A stretch of 64,000 nucleotides of DNA from a virus, in the IMG/VR virus record IMGVR_UViG_3300020048_000012; one strand, written 5' to 3'. Under the pieces are notes generated by a model. That model was not told where the DNA came from and did no database searches. It saw only the letters and a list, made by a program, of their open reading frames with translations. Positions 1-10,552 of the stretch are shown one piece after another. The translations under genes were made by a program, and so were the position numbers. Numbering within the stretch: position 1 is the first letter of the stretch; each line of letters begins with the position of its first letter.

Positions 1-1095
1 TGTGTTAGATGCAGCAGTTAAATCTAGAACAGTGCTAGTATCAGCGTGACTCAATGTGACACTTGACGCCCCTGTTTGATTTGCAGTTCCTGCTTGGCCG
101 CCACCAGTTAATCCGGCGCCGGCGGTGACAGAAATTACTCCGTCGCCGATGTTCGATGTTAATGCCATCGTACCAGTTGTAGCTGGCATTGTGATAGTAG
201 TTGCACCAGCTGCAGCTGCTGGAATCAATAACGTTGTGCCCGATATAGATCCAGCGTATGTTGTGCTCAATATTCCAGCAATAGCCTGATTATTCGATGA
301 TGATTGAACGGCTGTTGTCCCAATATAATGTCCGTGACTAGACAATGCATATAAATTGGTGTCAATTGTGTATGTATCAGCTGTCGCGCCACGCTTAATA
401 AAACCCGCACCACCCGTTGTCATTGTCGAAGCAAGATTTGTTAATGCAGGGCCAACCTTAATGTCATACGTAATTGGTGAAGAATCATTTGCCGAGAACC
501 CAGTGCCAGTGCCAACTGTGACAGTTGTATTTGTCGCACCAGCAGTGCCAATTGACAGTGTTAACGCAGCGTCATTGACTGTCGGTAATTGTGATGTTAA
601 CGCCAACGTTCCTGTTGTTGCTGGTAGAGTGATAGTTGGCGTGCCCGCTATAGCCGTGGCGGTTATGGTCACCGTGCCGGATGTTGAACCACTCACTCTT
701 AGCGTTTTGCCAGCAGCAACAGCGATATGCTCAGAAGAAGTCCAAGCATCTGTTGCGTCAAGCCAATTGAACGTCTTATCAGTCGCGCCCTTAAGAGTAA
801 TGCCGCCGCCATCAGCTGTTAAATCTGTCGGTGCCACTACAGAACCAAGTTCGATGTTTTTATCGTCAACAGAAATTGTCGTACTATTAATAGTCGTGAT
901 AGAGCCATTGACTGTAAGAGCTCCTCCGATTACTAAATTTCCAGTGATCGAACCTCCAGCGACGTCTAATTTTTGTGCATTAAGCGTATAAAAATTAGTA
1001 TCAATGTCAGTATTAGTGAGAGAAGCGCCGTCAGCAGAATCGACTGTCCAAGCCACTGTTGGTATTGCGCTACCTCGATATTTTAAGAATGCCAT
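1..1095 (-). CDS. Tail fibre-like virion protein (runs off the window edge; missing from ORF track)
   Basis: Manual translation from ATG at 1095 (AGGT RBS): MAFLKYRGSAIPTVAWTVDSADGASLTNTDIDTNFYTLNAQKLDVAGGSITGNL...TINSTTISVDDKNIELG...DGGGITLKGATDKTFNW...TLSHADTS; motifs typical of T4-like fibre proteins. First ~110 and last 20 codons translated by hand; middle inferred from the antisense ORF. Confidence 0.8.
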   Translation of the reverse strand, partial: MAFLKYRGSAIPTVAWTVDSADGASLTNTDIDTNFYTLNAQKLDVAGGSITGNLVIGGALTVNGSITTINSTTISVDDKNIELGSVVAPTDLTADGGGITLKGATDKTFNWLDATDAWTSSEHIAVAAGKTLRVSGSTSGTVTITATAIAGTPTITLPATTGTLALTSQLPTVNDAALTLSIGTAGATNTTVTVGTGTGFSANDSSPITYDIKVGPALTNLASTMTTGGAGFIKRGATADTYTIDTNLYALSSHGHYIGTTAVQSSSNNQAIAGILSTTYAGSISGTTLLIPAAAAGATTITMPATTGTMALTSNIGDGVISVTAGAGLTGGGQAGTANQTGASSVTLSHADTSTVLDLTAASNT

Positions 1096-1127
1096 TCGAC
1101 GTTACCTATTATTGTTTGACTTGATAT

Positions 1128-1487
1128 TTATACGATGCTTTTGGCGACATTTTGGCGCTCTTGTTCTAGAGCAAGATATTGTTGTTCTGTCATACTCGTT
1201 TGCACGCGCAGCACCTTTTCTCTTAGATGACGAAGTATCTTCCAATCAGTCGACGCAAGGTAGTGCGATTTTTCTGCATTGCTCTTCTGTGTTGCAATTT
1301 CCGCAAGTGCAGAATTAGATTTAACGACAACTGCAAGTTGAGCCACGTCAAACTTGTACATTCCCGACAAAATCTTCTGTTGATCATCGTCCGAGCATTC
1401 TTGCTGAATTACATAATCAGGCGCCGTTGTCTTAGCGCTTGAGAAACTTAACGAATCAGTCGTTGTATCAAAAATTAACCAAGTCAT
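1128..1487 (-). CDS. Tail fibre assembly/chaperone-like protein
   Basis: 119 aa; C-terminal YLASTDWKILR motif typical of fibre assembly proteins; directly downstream of fibre gene. Confidence 0.6.
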   Translation of the reverse strand: MTWLIFDTTTDSLSFSSAKTTAPDYVIQQECSDDDQQKILSGMYKFDVAQLAVVVKSNSALAEIATQKSNAEKSHYLASTDWKILRHLREKVLRVQTSMTEQQYLALEQERQNVAKSIV

Positions 1488-3841
1488 TATTTTCTCCAGA
1501 TAAACATGTAATTGATGTATGGATTATTGCGCATTTCGCTATTGCCGCCAACGATATAGATATATCCTTCTGCATACATCGCCTGATACCCATACACTGT
1601 AGAATCATTTGCATCAACTGTGCCAGAATAATCTATAATCGCAGGACCGACATGTCCCGCCAATAAGTCATAAATTGTGTATCCAAATGGAGGATAGACT
1701 TTACCAGATTTGACGCTACCTCTTAAATTTGTAAATACGCGGCCCTGAACAAATGGTTCTGTCGCCATTAACATACCGGATTGTGCATATATCGTCTGAA
1801 CAGATTTTGAATCAACGTATTGTTTGGTTGCAGCATGAAGATTAGATGTTGGATTCGAATGCAATGTTAAGAATCCTGACATAGCATCACCGGTCTTAGA
1901 CACTTTGCCTGCTATACTATTGATGACATCGCTTGATGCAATCTGTGCAGGATTATCGATTTGTCCATATGCTTTAATGCAAGGAATCATTGCAACGTTA
2001 CGTGGGCGAGTCTCAGTTCCACCTTCTGATGTAGTATTCCATATTTGACCACCGCCACCATAATTGGAAATAGAATCATATGGGAATCTGCCACGACTGC
2101 CGCCATTCCAATCACTAACTCCACTTGCAAAACTCAACTGATCATCGCCAGGCATACCATGATTGTGACTCTTGAATGAATCTAATTGACTACTTCCGAG
2201 ACCTCTGCCTGGATCTATTCCACGACCATGATCCCATCCACGAATAAATTCGCCGCGCAAATCTGGTAACTTAAACATTGTTCCAGATCCACCATACGTA
2301 TAACCAATTGCTTGAAATAGCACTGGGTACAATGCAACTTGTACTAGATTACCATTACATTCGAGCCAACCATATGGAATCTGTGCAGCGAAATATGCAA
2401 CAGATCCAACAGGCATGCCACTATTTAAAACAGCCGTATTCAATTCATTATCAATGTATTGTTTGGTCGCAGCATGCAATGGCGCGGTAGGATTTGCGTG
2501 CAATGACAAGAATCCGGTCATACTATCGCCCGCCGATAACAAAAAGTTATTATCGATTGACGATTTAGTATAATAATTTTCTAAGTTAGTACTCAGTAAA
2601 CTTTGAATAAATGCCGTTGTAGCAATTTGAGTAGTATTGGTGTTTAGCGCAGGTGTTGGAGCAGTTGGAACTCCAATAAACGCAGGAGAATCTATTGTTG
2701 ATCTAAGTGCTACGGCCGTGGAGAGATCTAATACATGATCTTGAACAAACTTAGTAGTAGCCAAAATTGTGCTATTGCTAATCTTATCTGGATTTGGCGC
2801 AGTAGGAGCGCCTGTGAATGCAGGTGAACGTAATTGTGCAATGGTTTCTGTAAAGCCATTTAGACGATACATCAGATTAGATGAAGTCGACCATACATCT
2901 CCATCACTAATATTTTGTGCTAATGGCGCGCTCCCTGGCGCAATGTTTATTGATGCACTAGATGATGAACTAGCGACTAATTTCAATAAACCTGTCATCT
3001 GTTCTGACCCAGACGTCCCAAGCACGCCTAAATTTGCTCGAGCTTGATTTGCTAATGCTGCGCCAGTGCCACCATGCTCAATAGAAATAATTCCGTTTAC
3101 ATTATTTGCTAAAGTTGCATAATTTGCTAAAGTGGCTGTGTCTGCATTGCCAATTAAATCGCCAGTAAACGTATTAGCTGCAACATCACCTGTTGTACTT
3201 CGCACAACTATAGTCTCTACGTTCAGTTGTGATTCAATCGATGGACTATATCCTCTAACTCGCCAAGCATTTAAGTTAGTCAATGATGCATCTACTGCAT
3301 TTAATCGATCTGTTATAGAATTCCATGTATAATCAGCTACATTTAACTTTTCAGTTGACGCGATTGCTAGATATTTGAAATTATTATCAAGTTCATTATT
3401 TGTAAGAGGATAGCCTTTTTCTGAGCGTAATAATATCGCACTAGGGACATTCGCTGTAATGAGATTACTATTGCCCGAGAATCGTGTAAAGACAATAAGG
3501 TCAGTTCCGACAGTGACAAATCCATCACTTGTATCAGTTGCTAATGACCATCCAGTGTCAGCGAAGACATTACCATTCGTGACAATGATTATCTGACCAC
3601 TTTCTGGCTTTGGCGAAGTCAGTTCATTAAAATCGCTTGTTCTAACTAGCAACCCACTTTCATTAGGCGCATATATGCCATTTTGAATAGCAGTGCCACC
3701 AGAACCCTGAGCCTTAACTAGAATTCTATCGCCCAGTGTTATTGTTTCGCCATCAATTTGCGTTGTTCCAAGTAAAATTGGAATTGCAAGATCGATATAG
3801 GCAGTTGTAGCAACTTTTGTTTTTATAATACTTATTGTCAT
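1487..3841 (-). CDS. Tail fibre protein with phage tail collar domain
   Basis: 784 aa; collar motif PVGSV..F....PYGWLECNG...YPVLFQAIGYTYGG...FKLPDLRGEFIRGWDHGRG; repeated LHANPTxxLHAATKQY and APTAP fibre motifs. Confidence 0.85.
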   Translation of the reverse strand: MTISIIKTKVATTAYIDLAIPILLGTTQIDGETITLGDRILVKAQGSGGTAIQNGIYAPNESGLLVRTSDFNELTSPKPESGQIIIVTNGNVFADTGWSLATDTSDGFVTVGTDLIVFTRFSGNSNLITANVPSAILLRSEKGYPLTNNELDNNFKYLAIASTEKLNVADYTWNSITDRLNAVDASLTNLNAWRVRGYSPSIESQLNVETIVVRSTTGDVAANTFTGDLIGNADTATLANYATLANNVNGIISIEHGGTGAALANQARANLGVLGTSGSEQMTGLLKLVASSSSSASINIAPGSAPLAQNISDGDVWSTSSNLMYRLNGFTETIAQLRSPAFTGAPTAPNPDKISNSTILATTKFVQDHVLDLSTAVALRSTIDSPAFIGVPTAPTPALNTNTTQIATTAFIQSLLSTNLENYYTKSSIDNNFLLSAGDSMTGFLSLHANPTAPLHAATKQYIDNELNTAVLNSGMPVGSVAYFAAQIPYGWLECNGNLVQVALYPVLFQAIGYTYGGSGTMFKLPDLRGEFIRGWDHGRGIDPGRGLGSSQLDSFKSHNHGMPGDDQLSFASGVSDWNGGSRGRFPYDSISNYGGGGQIWNTTSEGGTETRPRNVAMIPCIKAYGQIDNPAQIASSDVINSIAGKVSKTGDAMSGFLTLHSNPTSNLHAATKQYVDSKSVQTIYAQSGMLMATEPFVQGRVFTNLRGSVKSGKVYPPFGYTIYDLLAGHVGPAIIDYSGTVDANDSTVYGYQAMYAEGYIYIVGGNSEMRNNPYINYMFIWRK

Positions 3842-4086
3842 TGGTCGATTCCTTTAGCGCTAAGCAATTGGCTTAACATACTCTTAATTTGATCCATATC
3901 GTTCTTGAGGTGCTCAATGTCATTAGCTTGTTGTTGTTGAGTTCTAATGCGATTCTTCTCGGCTTCTCTTCTTTTTTGATATGCGTTAAACTCATTATCA
4001 TCAATTGAAATGATAGCGTTAGAAGACATGTCTCTAATTAAAGAGGCATGTCCTTCTACTTTAACAAATGAATTTACGCTGCGCAT
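3838..4086 (-). CDS. Small conserved coiled-coil protein following the DUF4815-type gene
   Basis: 82 aa, overlaps both neighbours; KVEGHASLIRD motif and C-terminal coiled coil. Confidence 0.6.
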   Translation of the reverse strand: MRSVNSFVKVEGHASLIRDMSSNAIISIDDNEFNAYQKRREAEKNRIRTQQQQANDIEHLKNDMDQIKSMLSQLLSAKGIDQ

Positions 4087-7000
4087 GCAATGACTCTAAA
4101 GTTTTTAATACGTGGCACCTTAGACTTATTTATCGATTTCATAACAAGCTTAACCATCACACTATCAAATGACGATAAGTTTTCAATATCTGCAATGATT
4201 GCGCTAAATGTGTCATTAGATTTAGAATAAGAATTTGGCACTGCTTTAAAATAGCGAGAAGCTATAAAATCACCTGAAACACTAAGACCAGTCTTATAAT
4301 AAATGTCAACTTCTGCTGCATCTGGAATAATTGCATCAAACATAATCTTTAACATTTCTGAAGGGCGACTGAAGTTGATCTTCTTAGTCACATATTTAGA
4401 ATGTGTAGATCCGCCAACTGACGCATACTCAGATTTAAAGTGCGATAACCATGTGATATCGACTGTTTGTCCAACAGTTGTGTCCATTAGCACTTCGCCA
4501 TAAACACCTTCTAATAACAAATACATGTTACCATCGGCGTCGTAACTTTTCTCTACAATTGCCATGAACCTGTCAGCGTCAGTGATACCAGAATAAGTTA
4601 TCTTAATGACATCTCCTGGATTCAATTGATTATTGATATTATTGTATAGCGTTGGCTGAGAGATAGAGTTAATAACAAGTGTGTCTTCAGAGCCATCGCC
4701 GTCTGAGTCAATAAGATCAATTGGTTTACTTGTGCCAAGTTCAGCCCCAGTGCCAATTACAAAATAATCTAAATCAGAATCGTTGATATCAAGCGTAGGC
4801 CAATCAATCTTATTACTAACCATAGTCATAGCGACACGACTTAAGTCAATGACCGGTGACACAGAATTACGAGTACTAGAAGGAGTTAATGTCGCAATAA
4901 CGCTTAAACCAATTGGAAACGAAGCACTAGAATAATTTGCTTCAGAAGGATAAACTTTAACATCTTCGAACGTAGTGTTTTCCTTTGGAATCATTCTATA
5001 TAATGCAGGTTGATCTGCATGATCAATCACCTTTGCGTTATATGAAATTGAAGTACCTTCAGGGACAATTTCAGCAATTTCTATCATCGCCGTTTGGAAT
5101 TCAAAGTTTTCAGATGCACAGATATATCCACCGCCAACTTGGCCAGACGCCGTAGAATCTACAGTACCACCAAATTCTACAACATATGAATCGATCTCAG
5201 TTGACAATAGTTGTAATGGAGTGTCGAAAATGAAGTCTCTAGAAATTCCATTGATTGAATCAATTACTTGACGAGATTTAAGAATGACGAACTCGCCTGT
5301 AATCATACCATGATCTTTATGTTCAATACGGCACTTGCGACTTCCTGTGATGAAATTCAACGGATTGAATCCAAGATCTTTATATGCCAATTTGCTTGGA
5401 ATGAATTCGATATCGACTGGCGCACTACTAAATTGCGCGCGGCGAATAACAAATTTCATATCTTGAGTTTGGTCGGCCGTCCATGTTGACGCATTTTGAG
5501 ATTTGAACAGTACGCCATTGTACGGCTGACTACTAATTCTTACATTAGACATCACATCGATTGTATCAGTCTGAGAGATCCAAAGTCTATATGCATTAGA
5601 ATCTGACAATACGACCAATGCGTATTCTACTCCATTCTGTAAGAATACAGGAGACACAAAGTTAAATGTAGTAGCAATAGATCCTCTAGCCGCATCGATA
5701 TTAATTTGACTTCCTTTTTTCTCAACACGTGAGAATGGCAATACTGCTGCGCCTGGATAACCATTAACAACTTCGCGAATTTCTATACGAACAGGCACTT
5801 TAGTATCAGCAGAGGCAAAGAATAAATCTACTGATGTTATGAATGCACCACCTTCTTGTTGCACAAGGAATGTCTGAGCAAGAGGATCGAACCAACCTGT
5901 GTCACGTGTTAAACGATCACTAGTCGTTACAACTGTATTAGTCGCAGAAACTTGTTCTGAAACAATATTCGCTGTGCGAGTTGCAACAATTGTGCGTTGC
6001 ATAACTTCAATCAAGCCCTTTGCTTCATAGAATGCGCCGCCTGATGTAGATTCCTGAGAAGCGCGAATCGCTTGATTATTAGAAGCACTATCAGAGAATC
6101 TAATTTCGCGAGTACCCGTTCTAAACTTTAGTAATGGGCTACTTGGAATGCGGAAAATACCACATAGCATGCCAGTAAACGAAGTCGTTGGAACTGCAAA
6201 GTTTGTTCTATTGACGAATTTAACGCGTGGTTTAATTCCATTAGAAAGATATTCACCTTCTAAGTAAGAATTTGCGCCGGTAGAAAACGCACCAGTTCCC
6301 TTAATGTTCATTACGTATATGTAATATTTTCCAAGATAGACTTCTTGTCCAACTACAATTGCGCTATTGTTATTTCCACCGATTTCTTTAATTACTTCGC
6401 CGTGATTAAAAGCGATTTCAACTTCTTCTGTAGTATGCTTAGTGCCAATTACTTTTGCAGAAATATCGGTGATTGTCGCACCACTAAAAGCAGGAGTGAC
6501 AGTCAACGTGTAATTATCAGCGACATCAGTGACTAAGTATTTAGTTGGCAATCCTACGTTGATAAAGTCGCCCACCTGCACTTGTTGCAAGAACGCAGTA
6601 GCTAAACCAGTGATTTGATCACTGCCATTAGTGAGTGTTATCGTACCAGTGAGTGTCGCACCATCGTTGTATTGAACACTGCGAGCTGCATCTGTAGACA
6701 CAGCCGATCCAGCATTACGAGTTACATCAAATGACCATGGATACAAACTGCCATCGGGTTTAGCGACTGGAACAACTTCTAAACGAACTGCAGGAGAGAT
6801 ATAATCATTCACTAATGTATTGTCGAAATAACCATACATTACAGTAGATGGTTTGAATCCGTACCCAGTGAATAACACTGCACGAGGACGAATGTAAGGA
6901 ACTAACTGTGTGTCAACTACTCGATCTTCAAGAACACGACTATCAACCTTATCGACAACGAATGATCGTGTGCCAGCTCTTGTAGAAGTAGTTTCAATAG

Positions 7001-10000
7001 CCTGAGTTTCGATTGTCAGTACACGAGTGCCTGCAACGGAAGTTGCTTGAGCACTGTTAATGTCGCGATTCGTATTACCAATAAAGTCTAATTCTTCTGC
7101 TGTAAATGTAGCGCGATTTCTCCAAAAAGAACCGCCGTTATTTGTTGCATTCAGAATCTCATTATTTGCAGTAGACCATGCGCCAATATTCTGCAATCGA
7201 GTGCCAAGTGAACTAGCAGAAGAAAACGCAGTCTGCCATGAATTCCATACTGTGCCTAGCACACCATCTGCATTCGCTTTTGCTACAATAGCATTATACT
7301 GTGATTCATCATTAAGAATAACGTCAGGGCGATGATGCGTTGAGAACCATGTATCACTCCATGGATTGATGTCAACGACACCTTTCCATGAATATAGCGC
7401 GTATGGATTGACATTTTCAGTCATCGATGCTTTAGTCTGAGTGATAAGCTCTGTTTCAGTAAATGGTAGAGTTACAATGTCGCCTGAAACTTTATAATTC
7501 TTAGTTGCAGCACCAACGTATTCGAGTAAAGATACTTGTTTTTGCGAAAAGAATGGACGCAATTCTTTGTTCGTAGAATCGATAGACGCATTCCAGTCAT
7601 CCGATGCAGCATTACCGATACCCTGACCGTCAAACGAATCTACGATAAATCCATTTTGGAAACGATCAAATCCTGACGAATCGATGATACGCATATTCTT
7701 TGTATCAAGTTCAGACAATGTCAATGATGTATAGTATTCGAGATCTTGAACGCGACGTTCGAGTTTGCCAATGTCGCGCATTGTGTAACGCTTATTTTCT
7801 TGACGATTTACGACAGTTCCAAGTTGATCGCCACGCTTAAATGTATATGGTTCGACTGACACTTGTGCCAATTTCATCGACATATTAGGAGTGCCGGGCT
7901 CAGATGGGTTTGCAGATGGAATTCCGCGATTAACAATGAACGCGCCAGTACTGCTCAATGAAACATTGTCTACACGAGCTAAATTGTTCGTGTATTTGAA
8001 TGAACCAGTCGTACCAAATTTTGGAAAGTAGTGAGTTTGAAAATTAGCACCAACCATATATGGACGGAAGTCAATAGAATCACGTAAAGGATATGATGCA
8101 ACAGTTGGAATCTGATCGTATCTTAGACGCGAATTAGCGTGCGTATACGAATTTACTGCGATGAAGTCGCCTGGGCTATTTTCAACAGAAGCCAAATATT
8201 CATATTTAATCATAATAGGACCAGTTGGCAATTCTGCGCCTGGAGCTAATGACAATGATGACAATGCAATCATAGATGCATCTTGACCTGTCGAAAACTG
8301 ATATCGACTAGTAATATTCATGCTATACGATGGAGACGCAGTTCCCCAAGGATTCGCTGACATGAGTACAGACACAATACGAGTAACGTATGAATGGTTA
8401 AGCGTAATCGTTTTAACTTGAGCTGTTGCAGCTGTCGTCAGTTGTATATTTGAAGCATCGGTTAGTGTTCTTTGCGCTTGAGCATTAACTGCGTCTGATC
8501 GCTTCAAAGTCGCTAATACTGTGTGAGAACCCGCACTCACTAAATTAGTCACAACTAGATTACCACTAGTCACAGTTAATGTGGCATTAGTGATAATGTC
8601 GCCTGTTGCATTATATGAAATGATATAATTATCGCTATCGTTCACAGATTCAAATGAATACCCAGTTGGCGCTGGAATAGTCATCGATCCTGCAGTTGCA
8701 GTCGCAGTAAGAGGAGCCACGACAGAGTATGTCGATTCTTCAATATTCGCGATTGCATAATCTGGCATCGGCCAAATCAAATAGCCATCATCAGGGTTTT
8801 GAATAGACGTAACGCCATTGGTTTGCACGACATTACAATTAAATTTAGTCGACGTAGTGTAAATAGATTTTACATTCGCAAAGTCTTTTCCAGTATTCAT
8901 TCGAATATCGAATAAGAATAACTTGTATGATCCAGTTTCGTGTTTTTCTAATGCACGCACGCGAGCATATCCAATGACTGATTCAGAACCAAGTACAACA
9001 GAGTGCAATTTTACTTCTGGCAATGTAATCAAATCTGGAACGTATTGCACAGAATTGACAATGATATATGAACCCATCGACAAATCGATTGATGTTGTCT
9101 TACTAGAAGAAACAGAGTCTACAACCGCAGGGAGCGAGTTAACTCCAAAATATTCACATAGGGCAGAAGAACCAGTTGGTAACGCTCTACTTTTTTCCGC
9201 TGGTAGAAATTCGGTCGAGATCTTTTCGATCTCATAACCACGAACATACGCTTTTCCAGCTTCAACGCCATAGGCTAACATGCCATCAAGTCTGATATGA
9301 TCATTCAGCGTAAATGCTGCAAAACTATCATCGCCCGCTGTAAACGTGTAAACGCCATTATTGAAATTCGGATATAGTACATACTCCCAAACGATATTGT
9401 TATCGATGATGCTATCGACAGACGCAAACGTACTAAAATCTGGTCTAATATTGCCAGATAATCCACTTGTCGTAGCAACAAAGTACAAGAAGCTTACGCC
9501 GTATGGAACTTTAACAAGATCGCCCTGAATAAATTTCTCTCCACCGGCCCAATCTCCGCGTAAATTATTGCGATAATCTCTGACATGAATAGGAAAAGGC
9601 GAAAGAGCGTAGTCGCCAGATTCGTCATACGTACGACGAGCTAATGTTTTTTCAATTTCGGCGTATGTTGTACGATCAATTTTAAATAAAACTTGACCGG
9701 CTTTAAGACGAAGTAAATCGATAAAATCGGTTTCTTCTGTTATAGTAACAGAATCTGGATCAAGAGTGATTTTAGTAAGAACTAAATCCATCTTATATCG
9801 AGCGGCGCCTGGTGCTGCGTAATTAGGAGAACCTAATGCATTATCAAGCAATGCTTCATCGTCTTCAGAATAGACTATCGACTCATTTAATTTTAGACCA
9901 ACTCTATAACTAGGCTCATTCGTATATTTGTCAAGAACGATAGTCTGTTCCTGCGCAAGAACAAAATTCTTTTTAATATAATAGATGCCGCGTTGAATAG

Positions 10001-10541
10001 ATGCAATAGATGATGTACCAATTGGTGGATACATCGTTTCATCTAGATCACCGACTGTGACACCCAAACCCGGTGTTTCATCTACAGGCGTCAATGAATC
10101 GCCAATGCTAAAAGATTTTACATTATTACCATTCAAATCTTGAACAGAATTAACATATTTTACAAAAAGTGTATTTGGTTCAAGAATATCATTCACTGTT
10201 TCTGCTGCAGTAAATGCAATCACTTTTGCAATTAAGCCTGATGAATTTTTAATCTCTTTTCCAACCAAAGCATTAAGAATAGCCGATATGTCTACAGAAA
10301 TATCCGTGACTAACTTAATATATGAAACAGCTGTGTCATATGAGATTTGACCCGGGATGATCATCGATCCTTCTTTGAACATATGATCGCCATGACGACG
10401 AACTTGTTCTTGAAGAATAGTTTGTAATTGTGTTAATTCTCGCGCCTGAACTGCAAAACCAGGTCTAAATAAAATTCTGTGAAACTTACTGTCTTCAGAA
10501 TAATCATCGAAAAATGGTTCGGTATTAAAGTCTAGTGCCAT
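4074..10541 (-). CDS. Large virion/baseplate structural protein (DUF4815/VrlC-like)
   Basis: 2155 aa; N-terminus PFFDDY...FHRILFRPGFAVQARELTQLQTILQEQ and RTYDESGDY, DPLAQTF motifs characteristic of this family. Confidence 0.85.
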   Translation of the reverse strand: MALDFNTEPFFDDYSEDSKFHRILFRPGFAVQARELTQLQTILQEQVRRHGDHMFKEGSMIIPGQISYDTAVSYIKLVTDISVDISAILNALVGKEIKNSSGLIAKVIAFTAAETVNDILEPNTLFVKYVNSVQDLNGNNVKSFSIGDSLTPVDETPGLGVTVGDLDETMYPPIGTSSIASIQRGIYYIKKNFVLAQEQTIVLDKYTNEPSYRVGLKLNESIVYSEDDEALLDNALGSPNYAAPGAARYKMDLVLTKITLDPDSVTITEETDFIDLLRLKAGQVLFKIDRTTYAEIEKTLARRTYDESGDYALSPFPIHVRDYRNNLRGDWAGGEKFIQGDLVKVPYGVSFLYFVATTSGLSGNIRPDFSTFASVDSIIDNNIVWEYVLYPNFNNGVYTFTAGDDSFAAFTLNDHIRLDGMLAYGVEAGKAYVRGYEIEKISTEFLPAEKSRALPTGSSALCEYFGVNSLPAVVDSVSSSKTTSIDLSMGSYIIVNSVQYVPDLITLPEVKLHSVVLGSESVIGYARVRALEKHETGSYKLFLFDIRMNTGKDFANVKSIYTTSTKFNCNVVQTNGVTSIQNPDDGYLIWPMPDYAIANIEESTYSVVAPLTATATAGSMTIPAPTGYSFESVNDSDNYIISYNATGDIITNATLTVTSGNLVVTNLVSAGSHTVLATLKRSDAVNAQAQRTLTDASNIQLTTAATAQVKTITLNHSYVTRIVSVLMSANPWGTASPSYSMNITSRYQFSTGQDASMIALSSLSLAPGAELPTGPIMIKYEYLASVENSPGDFIAVNSYTHANSRLRYDQIPTVASYPLRDSIDFRPYMVGANFQTHYFPKFGTTGSFKYTNNLARVDNVSLSSTGAFIVNRGIPSANPSEPGTPNMSMKLAQVSVEPYTFKRGDQLGTVVNRQENKRYTMRDIGKLERRVQDLEYYTSLTLSELDTKNMRIIDSSGFDRFQNGFIVDSFDGQGIGNAASDDWNASIDSTNKELRPFFSQKQVSLLEYVGAATKNYKVSGDIVTLPFTETELITQTKASMTENVNPYALYSWKGVVDINPWSDTWFSTHHRPDVILNDESQYNAIVAKANADGVLGTVWNSWQTAFSSASSLGTRLQNIGAWSTANNEILNATNNGGSFWRNRATFTAEELDFIGNTNRDINSAQATSVAGTRVLTIETQAIETTSTRAGTRSFVVDKVDSRVLEDRVVDTQLVPYIRPRAVLFTGYGFKPSTVMYGYFDNTLVNDYISPAVRLEVVPVAKPDGSLYPWSFDVTRNAGSAVSTDAARSVQYNDGATLTGTITLTNGSDQITGLATAFLQQVQVGDFINVGLPTKYLVTDVADNYTLTVTPAFSGATITDISAKVIGTKHTTEEVEIAFNHGEVIKEIGGNNNSAIVVGQEVYLGKYYIYVMNIKGTGAFSTGANSYLEGEYLSNGIKPRVKFVNRTNFAVPTTSFTGMLCGIFRIPSSPLLKFRTGTREIRFSDSASNNQAIRASQESTSGGAFYEAKGLIEVMQRTIVATRTANIVSEQVSATNTVVTTSDRLTRDTGWFDPLAQTFLVQQEGGAFITSVDLFFASADTKVPVRIEIREVVNGYPGAAVLPFSRVEKKGSQINIDAARGSIATTFNFVSPVFLQNGVEYALVVLSDSNAYRLWISQTDTIDVMSNVRISSQPYNGVLFKSQNASTWTADQTQDMKFVIRRAQFSSAPVDIEFIPSKLAYKDLGFNPLNFITGSRKCRIEHKDHGMITGEFVILKSRQVIDSINGISRDFIFDTPLQLLSTEIDSYVVEFGGTVDSTASGQVGGGYICASENFEFQTAMIEIAEIVPEGTSISYNAKVIDHADQPALYRMIPKENTTFEDVKVYPSEANYSSASFPIGLSVIATLTPSSTRNSVSPVIDLSRVAMTMVSNKIDWPTLDINDSDLDYFVIGTGAELGTSKPIDLIDSDGDGSEDTLVINSISQPTLYNNINNQLNPGDVIKITYSGITDADRFMAIVEKSYDADGNMYLLLEGVYGEVLMDTTVGQTVDITWLSHFKSEYASVGGSTHSKYVTKKINFSRPSEMLKIMFDAIIPDAAEVDIYYKTGLSVSGDFIASRYFKAVPNSYSKSNDTFSAIIADIENLSSFDSVMVKLVMKSINKSKVPRIKNFRVIACAA

Positions 10542-10552
10542 GAAGTGTTCTC

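Noticed and set aside
356-991. 211-aa plus-strand ORF
   Set aside because: Antisense shadow of the minus-strand fibre gene starting at 1095, which has an RBS and recognisable motifs.
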